From: a virus | IMG/VR virus record: IMGVR_UViG_3300031910_000474 | Direction: 5' to 3' (one strand) | DNA: 44,425 nt | Part shown: piece after piece, positions 7,593-14,672 of the stretch | Position numbering within the stretch: the stretch's first letter is position 1 | How the letters are laid out: every line of letters begins with the position of its first letter | The notes under the pieces: generated by a model | The model's database searches: none | What the model was told of the DNA's origin: nothing | Seen by the model: only the letters and a program-made list of their open reading frames with translations | Position numbers and translations under genes: made by a program

Positions 7593-8269
7593 TGCCGCCC
7601 TTCATGACGCAGCCGCCGCAATTGCAGCCGCGCCGTGGAATCACCGGGGGATTGCCTGCGTATTCCTTCGGCTCGTTTCCCGTCGGCTTGCAGCCTGCGC
7701 GCATGGTCGTTACCTCGGTCGCGGTCGCTTCAAACGTGGTGACGCTCGGCGTGAAACTGCTCGAAGGAAACATTCCGACAACCGCAAACTTCGTCACGGT
7801 GACGGGCACGGTTGTCGGCGGCTCGACGGTGAACGTCACGAACACTGCGCTGACTGGCGTCACGATCGCGCCAGCGACAGGCGTCGGCACGATCACGTAT
7901 TCGCTTACGCTCGCGAATCTTTCGACGACGCCCGACGGCGGTCAGGTGTTTGTGCTCGCGCAGGACGTTGGCGAAACAACTGCCGTCGCGAAGGGGCAGC
8001 AGTTCGCGCTCGCGCCCGACGGCGGTTACGGCCTTACAGTTGTTTGGGCGTGCACCGCAGCGACGGTCGCACTGCAACTCGAAGGCTCAGTCGACGACGT
8101 TGACGCGCAGTACGCGATCATCGGAACGAGTCAAACCACGCTCACAGGCTCGGTGCTTGCGCAGGTGCCGACCGATGTGCGTTTCGTTCGCGTGAATACA
8201 ACTGCGTTTACGGGCGGCCCCGGCACGCTTTGGGCGAAGATTTATCAGTCGACGAATGCCGGGAACTGA
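7592..8269 (+). CDS. Beta-rich T/V/G-rich hypothetical protein, probably structural (225 aa)
   Basis: Translationally coupled ORF inside the fibre-like cassette. Confidence 0.55.
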   Translation: MPPFMTQPPQLQPRRGITGGLPAYSFGSFPVGLQPARMVVTSVAVASNVVTLGVKLLEGNIPTTANFVTVTGTVVGGSTVNVTNTALTGVTIAPATGVGTITYSLTLANLSTTPDGGQVFVLAQDVGETTAVAKGQQFALAPDGGYGLTVVWACTAATVALQLEGSVDDVDAQYAIIGTSQTTLTGSVLAQVPTDVRFVRVNTTAFTGGPGTLWAKIYQSTNAGN

Positions 8270-8877
8270 TGTTTGTTCAAACTGCTTCCGACAATTTCAC
8301 GCGGGCGAACGGCGCGATCGGGGGCAATTGGACGGCAAGCGTGGGAGGGGCGGTGATTCTGTCAAACACCGCTGCCGCAGCGGTCCCTTCGTCAGGAGCG
8401 GGAAACAGAAACAATCTTTTCTGGTCCGCGCAGTCGTTTCCGAATGATCAGTACGCGGATGGAGTTATCGCAAGCGTAACGACTGGAGCATTCGCCGGGC
8501 CTGTGGTACGCGGAAGCGCCGGCGGTGAGCACGGCTATATCTGCCTTGTGCCGCCGACAGGCGTGTCAGGTTCCGTGATCGTTCAGCAGGCGCCGACAAA
8601 CTTGTCGATTCTCGTTCTTCCGGGCATTACGCCGCAGATCGGCGACGTTTTCAGGATCGCGGCGGTCGGAACACTGATCAGCGTCTATCAGAACGGCGCG
8701 TTTCTCGGTTCGATCGTGGATTCGTCGCTCGTTTCCGGCGCGCCTGGAATATTTCTTTTTCCGAACGGCAACGGACAAACTGCTGCGGAATTGTCTTCAT
8801 GGGCTGGCGGTTATGTTTCAAGCGGCGGCGGCGGCGGTGACATCGGCCCCGGCTTCGATTTCAAATTAAAATTATGA
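8269..8877 (+). CDS. Lectin/jelly-roll-like module protein (202 aa), single module
   Basis: ATG 8269 (TGATG overlap). DNFTRANGAIGGNW...NDQY...GD.F.I.A.G..I.VYQNG; C-terminal tail GGGGGDIGPGFDFKLKL. Confidence 0.6.
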   Translation: MFVQTASDNFTRANGAIGGNWTASVGGAVILSNTAAAAVPSSGAGNRNNLFWSAQSFPNDQYADGVIASVTTGAFAGPVVRGSAGGEHGYICLVPPTGVSGSVIVQQAPTNLSILVLPGITPQIGDVFRIAAVGTLISVYQNGAFLGSIVDSSLVSGAPGIFLFPNGNGQTAAELSSWAGGYVSSGGGGGDIGPGFDFKLKL

Positions 8878-10424
8878 CACTTGTTCGTGACAGTTTCGCT
8901 CGAGCCGATGGTTCCCTGGGACCAAACTGGGTGAATAAATGGTCCGGCAATTCCGAGGGCGCCGTCGGCCTCGGCGACATGGCCATCATTTCGCAAGGCT
9001 ATGGCCCGACAAACAATCATTCCGCTGAACGGCTGATGATGTGGAACGGCGGGCAAACCTTCGGAAACGATCAATATTCGCTCGCCGTCGTGAAAACGAT
9101 TGCTCCAAACATTGCGACGCTTTCGATCACGGCAGTCGCCAATGCAGGCGTGAACTTATGGACGTACACCTATACGGTCACGCAAGGCAGCGTGGCCGCG
9201 GTGATCGCAGGCGGCGGTTTGTTTGCGCAGGTCAGCGGCATGGCGAACGCCGGAAATAATATCACCGTCAAGCCGCAGATCATTACCGCCTACGGCGCGG
9301 GAACATTCACCGTTTCGAGTACGACGGGAGTTGCCGAAAGCGGATCAAGCGGCATCGGAAACTGCCCGAGTGATTCGACGAGTGGCGTGGCCGTTCGTGC
9401 GTCGAATCGAACCTGCTATTACCAGATTCAAGGGCCGAACACGTTTAACGCTCTAGGAAGTTACACGCGTGAAATGTGGAGTCTGATAAACGGTGTCGGC
9501 AGTGCAATCGAAGGAACGGGAATCAATAACACGCCGAATCTTATCGGTGACATCGTTTGCATGGTGGCTGTCGGCACGCAGATTAAGGTGCTCGAATTAA
9601 GTGCGGGCGTCTGCACAACGCAAGGGCCTACAACCGACGCGAACATTGTTTCGGGAACGCCCGGAGTTTATGACTGGTGTTTTGGCGGCCCGCAGGAATA
9701 CAACTGGGGTGCATGGGGCAATTCGGGAGTCGTCGGCAGCGATCCGCCGGGAAACGCAGGCACAACGTGGAACAACTGGCAGGCCGGGGATTTTTCTCTG
9801 GTCGGAAGTCTGCCGCTCGGCGTCGACAATTTCACGCGAGCAAACGAAAGTCCGCTTAATCCCGCCAACTGGACCGTGCCGAGTGGAACGGGCACAGGAA
9901 ATTTGCAGGTCGTCAGCAATCTTTGCGTGTGCGGTGCTTCAGTTGTTTCGTTCAACGTTGAAATCTTTACGGGCGGCGGAGCGCCCGCAAGCGCCGATCA
10001 GTATGCGCAGATCACCGTGCAGAACGTCGGTTCAGCGATGGGAGTCGTTGTGCGCGCCTCGACAAGTTCCGTCACGTTCTATTATTTTCAGTGGAACAAT
10101 GCGGGCGTTTTCAATTTGTTCAAAGTCGTCGCCGGAACGGTGACGGGACTCACTAGCCAAGGCGGCATAGCGTTTCCTGTCGCGGGCGATACGATGGGCC
10201 TCATGGCGCTCGGGCCTTTGCTCGTCTGTTTGCACAATGGCGTCGTAATCATGTCGTGGCTTGATACTTCGATCGCTGCGGCGAATCAGGGTGCGGGCCT
10301 CTGGATTCAAGGCGGCCCGGGTTCAGTCAGCGCGTTCTCGGGCGGCACAATTCCGATCACGCCGAACGTTGCAGGCGGCGGCGGCGATCTCGGTCCAGGC
10401 TACGATCTGAAATTCGGTTTTTGA
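8874..10424 (+). CDS. Two-module lectin/jelly-roll-like protein (516 aa)
   Basis: ATGA overlap. Module 1 DSFARADGSLGPNW...NDQY; module 2 VDNFTRANESPLNPANW...ADQY; C-terminal tail GGGGDLGPGYDLKFGF, paralogous to 8269..8877. Confidence 0.6.
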   Translation: MTLVRDSFARADGSLGPNWVNKWSGNSEGAVGLGDMAIISQGYGPTNNHSAERLMMWNGGQTFGNDQYSLAVVKTIAPNIATLSITAVANAGVNLWTYTYTVTQGSVAAVIAGGGLFAQVSGMANAGNNITVKPQIITAYGAGTFTVSSTTGVAESGSSGIGNCPSDSTSGVAVRASNRTCYYQIQGPNTFNALGSYTREMWSLINGVGSAIEGTGINNTPNLIGDIVCMVAVGTQIKVLELSAGVCTTQGPTTDANIVSGTPGVYDWCFGGPQEYNWGAWGNSGVVGSDPPGNAGTTWNNWQAGDFSLVGSLPLGVDNFTRANESPLNPANWTVPSGTGTGNLQVVSNLCVCGASVVSFNVEIFTGGGAPASADQYAQITVQNVGSAMGVVVRASTSSVTFYYFQWNNAGVFNLFKVVAGTVTGLTSQGGIAFPVAGDTMGLMALGPLLVCLHNGVVIMSWLDTSIAAANQGAGLWIQGGPGSVSAFSGGTIPITPNVAGGGGDLGPGYDLKFGF

Positions 10425-10431
10425 GGAAAAC

Positions 10432-10782
10432 ATGTTCGGAAAAGGCGTCGACCCGAAAGTCGGCAAAAGCACGCAGTTCAAAAAAGGCTGCAATCATAAT
10501 CCGAAGGGCCTGCACGGCGAATCGGAAGATGCGCGCAAGGTTGCCTCGATCCGCAAGGTGCTGTTCGCGCTCGTGCCCGAAAAGGAAATGAAACGCCGCT
10601 GGAAGTTTTTCCTCGATAATTCGAACACCGATATAAAGTGGACCGCGTTCAAACTCGCGCTTTATTACATGTACGGACGCCCGCCGAAGCGCCCGATCAA
10701 TCCCGACGATCAGGCGGAATCGAACATGGGCGAGGCGTTCGACTTTTCGGATTTCCCGACGGGTAACACTCCGATCCAGTGA
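10432..10782 (+). CDS. Putative terminase small subunit
   Basis: Lies immediately upstream of, and is GTGA-coupled to, the large terminase. N-terminal TQFKKGCNHNPKG resembles the F.KGqSGNPkG box of DUF5681-type small terminases. Confidence 0.55.
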   Translation: MFGKGVDPKVGKSTQFKKGCNHNPKGLHGESEDARKVASIRKVLFALVPEKEMKRRWKFFLDNSNTDIKWTAFKLALYYMYGRPPKRPINPDDQAESNMGEAFDFSDFPTGNTPIQ

Positions 10783-12266
10783 AGATCAGCGACTGGTACA
10801 AACCGCAGCCCGTGCAGCGCCGCTTCCATGAAAGCGAGGCGAAGTACCCGCTGCTCGAGGGCGGGCGCGGCGGCGGCAAGTCGACGGCTTTGATGTGGGA
10901 AGCGATCATGGAATGCTTGCGCGTTCCAGGCTCGAACTGTTTGCTGTTGCGGCGCACGCTGACGAGCATGGAAAAGGGCGGCATCGAGGATCTGTTCACG
11001 AAGAACGTGCCGAGAAAACTTTACTGGCGATACAACGCCTCGCGGCATATCGTGATGTTCGCGAACGGCAGCAAACTTTTTTTCGGGCACATTTCGAATG
11101 ACGCGGACCTGCTGCAGTATCAGGGCGCGGAATTTCTTTTTATCGGCTGGGAGGAATTGACGCAGTTCACTTACGGCCAGTGGGAATTTCTGAAAGGCAG
11201 TAACCGCTGCCCGATCAAAGTCTACATGCACGGCGGCAAAACGTTTCCGGTCAGGCCGCGCATGGCCGCAGGCACAAACCCGAACGGACGCGGCTCGGGC
11301 TGGGTGAAGGCGCTGTGGATCACGCGCAAACCCGTCGGCGACATGGCGCTGAATTACGACGCCGGCGACTACGAAGCGATCCACTCGACTTACGAGGACA
11401 ATTTCGTTTATGCGAACGACAAGGATTACATTTCAAAACTCCATTCCATCGTCGATCCTGTCCTGCGAGCCGCTTGGATCCCCGGCGACTGGAATATCCT
11501 CGCTGGACAGTTTTTTCAAAACTGGGATCCTGCTCGACATGTCAAGCGATACTCGGACTGCATTTTTGAAGACTGGCAGGACCGATGGATCTCGATCGAC
11601 TGGGGTTTCGAGCACGCGACTGTCGTGCTCTGGTGGACCCGAGTCAGAATAAAAACGGAATTTGATCCCGACGCGAAGAAGAACGTGATTCTCTGTTACC
11701 GCCAATTGGTTGCGCGGCAGACGAACGAAGAGATCCTCGCGGAGAAAATCGTCAATGCCAATGCCACTGGGGACAAGTTCGATCGTGTGGGGCGAATTTA
11801 TCTTTCTCCCGACCGATTCAGTAAAATCGATCAGCACCACAGCATTGCGGACAAGATGGGCGATGTTTTTGTACGATTCGACCTTCCGCGTCCTGAGCGC
11901 GCAAACAACCGTCGCGTCGACGGCTGGCGGCTCTGTTACACCCTGCTCGACACTGATGGAGTCGCTGTACTTGACAACTGTCCAGATGTGATCGATTCGA
12001 TCCCGAAACTCATGCGGGACGAGAAAAACCTCGAGGATGCGGCAAGCGAGGGCAATGAACTTTTTCTCGACGTGTGCGAGTCGTTTCGCTACGGCCTTAT
12101 GAGTTATGCTTCCGCCGCCGGGGTGCCGAGAGAAGTCGCCATGCAGCGCGAGATCCAGGCGATCAAGGGAAACACGCAGAAGTACATGCGTTATCTCGAG
12201 CTTCAGGCGAAGCCGAAATCGAGCGGGATCACGTTTACGGTGAATCGCGGAAGGCGGCTCAGATGA
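10779..12266 (+). CDS. terL: Terminase large subunit
   Basis: Walker A LLEGGRGGGKST, Walker B-like LFIGWEELTQF and a C-terminal nuclease-like region. Size is 495 aa. Confidence 0.85.
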   Translation: MKISDWYKPQPVQRRFHESEAKYPLLEGGRGGGKSTALMWEAIMECLRVPGSNCLLLRRTLTSMEKGGIEDLFTKNVPRKLYWRYNASRHIVMFANGSKLFFGHISNDADLLQYQGAEFLFIGWEELTQFTYGQWEFLKGSNRCPIKVYMHGGKTFPVRPRMAAGTNPNGRGSGWVKALWITRKPVGDMALNYDAGDYEAIHSTYEDNFVYANDKDYISKLHSIVDPVLRAAWIPGDWNILAGQFFQNWDPARHVKRYSDCIFEDWQDRWISIDWGFEHATVVLWWTRVRIKTEFDPDAKKNVILCYRQLVARQTNEEILAEKIVNANATGDKFDRVGRIYLSPDRFSKIDQHHSIADKMGDVFVRFDLPRPERANNRRVDGWRLCYTLLDTDGVAVLDNCPDVIDSIPKLMRDEKNLEDAASEGNELFLDVCESFRYGLMSYASAAGVPREVAMQREIQAIKGNTQKYMRYLELQAKPKSSGITFTVNRGRRLR

Positions 12267-12448
12267 CCGATTTCGTTACCGTCGTCGGGATCGTTACGAT
12301 CTCGCTTGTCATGCTTCTCGTCGCGATCCCTGTTCTCGTCGGTGCCGTGCAATTCTGGATTTATTACATTCGAATCCTGCGAAAGACGCGGAAGGAAGAA
12401 CGTGAAAAAGCCGCGAGCGAACAAGTACCTAACTTTGCTCGAAAATGA
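12263..12448 (+). CDS. Small single-pass membrane protein (61 aa)
   Basis: ATGA overlap with the terL stop. TM helix VVGIVTISLVMLLVAIPVLVGAVQFWIYYI followed by a basic tail. Confidence 0.55.
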   Translation: MTDFVTVVGIVTISLVMLLVAIPVLVGAVQFWIYYIRILRKTRKEEREKAASEQVPNFARK

Positions 12449-12743
12449 TCTGGCGCTCGAACGCAAGCGCGCCGAGCGGCTCGAGAAGGATCTCGAATTC
12501 TTTCAAGGCAAGTGCGAACGCCTCGAGCTCGCGCTGGCAAAGAATCCGCAGGGCCTGCTGCAGTACGGGCAGACAACGCCGCTGCCGCCAGCGCCGCCCG
12601 CCCCGCCGCAGCAAGGCCCGCGGCGCATGTCGCGAGCCGATATTCTTTCCGCGTGGAACGAGAAGTCGGAAGCCGAGCAGAACGAAATCCTCGAGCGAGG
12701 CGAGTGGGATCCCACGAAAGAGGTGAACAATGCAAGGCAGTGA
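12402..12743 (+). CDS. Coiled-coil and Pro-rich hypothetical protein (113 aa)
   Basis: GTG 12402 after GGAAGG. The upstream part of the track ORF is out-of-frame overlap. Confidence 0.45.
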   Translation: MKKPRANKYLTLLENDLALERKRAERLEKDLEFFQGKCERLELALAKNPQGLLQYGQTTPLPPAPPAPPQQGPRRMSRADILSAWNEKSEAEQNEILERGEWDPTKEVNNARQ

Positions 12744-13182
12744 AACGTTTGATGGAAAAATTTCAGGCAACCGGCAATTGGTGGATCGCTACAACGAAGC
12801 GAAGGGCAAGAAACCGGGCGCACCGAAAAAGTCGCGTCCGAAACCGGGCGGCGGCTTTTCAGGCGGCGCTCACGAACCGAGCGGGCACGACGAGATCAAG
12901 CAAGTAGTCGCCGAGCACGGCCCGGCGCACTCGCATCACATTCATAAAACCCCGGACGGCTATCACAGCACAAGCCATCACGAGTCCGGCCACGTGCACC
13001 ACGCCGATCACGCAACACTTGGCGAAGCGCACGAGCACGGCGCGCACGCGTTCGACGATACAACGCACCTCGGCGATATGGGCAAAGACGACGAGCAGGT
13101 CGCGGGCGAGCATGCGCGCATGGAAGAAGGCGGCTCGGGTTCGAGTTACGGCGGAACGAAAAGCGTCGGGTTCATGAGTTGA
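12730..13182 (+). CDS. Histidine-rich protein (150 aa)
   Basis: About 19 His, nearly all within residues ~48-122 (HSHHIHKTPDGYHSTSHHESGHVHHADH...). Confidence 0.6.
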   Translation: MQGSETFDGKISGNRQLVDRYNEAKGKKPGAPKKSRPKPGGGFSGGAHEPSGHDEIKQVVAEHGPAHSHHIHKTPDGYHSTSHHESGHVHHADHATLGEAHEHGAHAFDDTTHLGDMGKDDEQVAGEHARMEEGGSGSSYGGTKSVGFMS

Positions 13183-13556
13183 GTGAACAAAAAGATTCGA
13201 AAGCCGCGGTACTCTACTTCAAACCGAGCTCGATCAACCGTGCGAGCGGTGCGCGATGCGGTGCCTGCTGGAAGTTTATTCGCGATCCCGGCGAGTGTTT
13301 GGAAGTTATTGGAAACATCGCCGCTCGCGGTGTCTGTGGACTGTACGTCAACGGCGTTCCGCATTCGACTCGATTGGACCATCTCTGGCGGATCACTAAA
13401 ATCAGTAAAGAGGAATCTGGATATACCGACGAAGGCGACTCGCACTGCGTAGGCTGCGAGCACATGGCGAACCCGGGAAACGCGACGAGTCCGTGCGAAA
13501 AAGTCGAGGGCCTCGTCGAGCAACGGGGGTGCTGTAATGAATACGAAGCTCGATGA
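13179..13556 (+). CDS. Cys-rich protein with a HiPIP-like 4-Cys motif (125 aa)
   Basis: C27-x2-C30-x9-C40-x12-C53 (RCGACWKFIRDPGECLEVIGNIAARGVCGLY), then HCVGCEH...PCEK...GCC. TTG start at 13179. Confidence 0.5.
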   Translation: MSEQKDSKAAVLYFKPSSINRASGARCGACWKFIRDPGECLEVIGNIAARGVCGLYVNGVPHSTRLDHLWRITKISKEESGYTDEGDSHCVGCEHMANPGNATSPCEKVEGLVEQRGCCNEYEAR

Positions 13557-13601
13557 GATGTTTCAAAATGGCGCGAATGGCGCGAGGAATACCTCGGCAC
13601 A

Positions 13602-14108
13602 GTGGTACGACAACTCGCGTTCGAAAGCAGGATTCGCAAAATGAGCACAGGTGAAAACGACAGTCCATTCGAGATCGAAACCGATGACGAGCGCGATCGC
13701 CGCATCGGGCGAATGATTCGCGAGAACGTGGGTAAACGAATGAGTGAAGACAACATCAACGCGAACGGCGCGGTACTTTCCGCCGACATGACACGCAAGG
13801 GATTTCACCGCTTCCCGCAAAGCGATCGCATTCGCATTTCGAAGACGCTTTACGATCAGATCGCGAGAGTGCCGTGGCTTTCCGGGCCGCTCGTCGTTTA
13901 CGTCGACGCGAACGTTCCCGTCACCGAGGTGTGGTATCAGGACAGCACAAACAATCTTTTGGGCCGCATCGTGAATCTTGGCGCGCCCATCGCCCCGCCT
14001 GTCGCGCACGTCACGCAGAATGACGCGCTCGATTTCAAGGACGACGAAGGAAATCAGCCGAAGGTGAAGAAACAAAAGGATCGCCGCGAAAAGGACGCCT
14101 TACTGTAA
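13602..14108 (+). CDS. Hypothetical protein (168 aa)
   Basis: ORF with good G/C-ending codons. The start is GTG 13602 or ATG 13641. Confidence 0.55.
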   Translation: MVRQLAFESRIRKMSTGENDSPFEIETDDERDRRIGRMIRENVGKRMSEDNINANGAVLSADMTRKGFHRFPQSDRIRISKTLYDQIARVPWLSGPLVVYVDANVPVTEVWYQDSTNNLLGRIVNLGAPIAPPVAHVTQNDALDFKDDEGNQPKVKKQKDRREKDALL

Positions 14109-14470
14109 TGCCTGCCCGCGAAATCATGAATCTGTATCACCAGCGAAAATTGCATTCCGGGCCCGGCGGGCCGATCGTCAAAAAGAAATCACAGGCTACG
14201 GCGATTCAGATCGCGATGGCGCGCCGCGAAGGTCACGACATTCCCGAAGTGAAAGGTTCGATGCAGGACGGCGGGCTCGTGCCTGAAACCGGAGCATACA
14301 AACTGCATGAAGGCGAGCGTGTCGTGCCCGTGGCGAACCGCACGGAAGCGACGGATCTGTTCGCGAGTCGGCCCGAAGAACGTCCGCGAAAGGAACCGCC
14401 TGGACGCGTGCCCGGTTATCGCGCCGGGAAAATGCCTACAGGAATGGGCGGCGCGTTCGAGAGGAGATGA
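14108..14470 (+). CDS. Hypothetical small basic protein (120 aa)
   Basis: TAATG overlap. KLHSGPGGPIVKKKSQATAIQIAMARREG is reminiscent of small DUF6496-type proteins (from memory, unverified). Confidence 0.5.
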   Translation: MPAREIMNLYHQRKLHSGPGGPIVKKKSQATAIQIAMARREGHDIPEVKGSMQDGGLVPETGAYKLHEGERVVPVANRTEATDLFASRPEERPRKEPPGRVPGYRAGKMPTGMGGAFERR

Positions 14471-14474
14471 GCGA

Positions 14475-14672
14475 ATGGCCGAGGAAAAATGGATGCAGCA
14501 CGTTTCGAAAGGCATCGAGCACCGCGGCACGAAAGGCGTCTTCCGCGAAGCGGCACACCGCGCCGGAATGAGTACACACGCTTACGCCGAAAAGAAAAAG
14601 CATTCTGCGGGTAAAACTGGCCAGCGTGCACGCCTCGCGCTGGCGTTTATGGGCGCAAAGCATGGCGGATGA
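14475..14672 (+). CDS. Hypothetical small basic protein (65 aa)
   Basis: Internal ATG 14475 (MAEEKWMQHVSKG). Confidence 0.45.
   Translation: MAEEKWMQHVSKGIEHRGTKGVFREAAHRAGMSTHAYAEKKKHSAGKTGQRARLALAFMGAKHGG

Noticed and set aside
13553-13657. A 34-codon ORF (ATG 13553, MRCFKMARMARGIPRH...) filling the gap between 13556 and 13602/13641.
   Set aside because: It is short and basic with poor codon bias, and it overlaps the likely start region of the next gene. There is no supporting motif.
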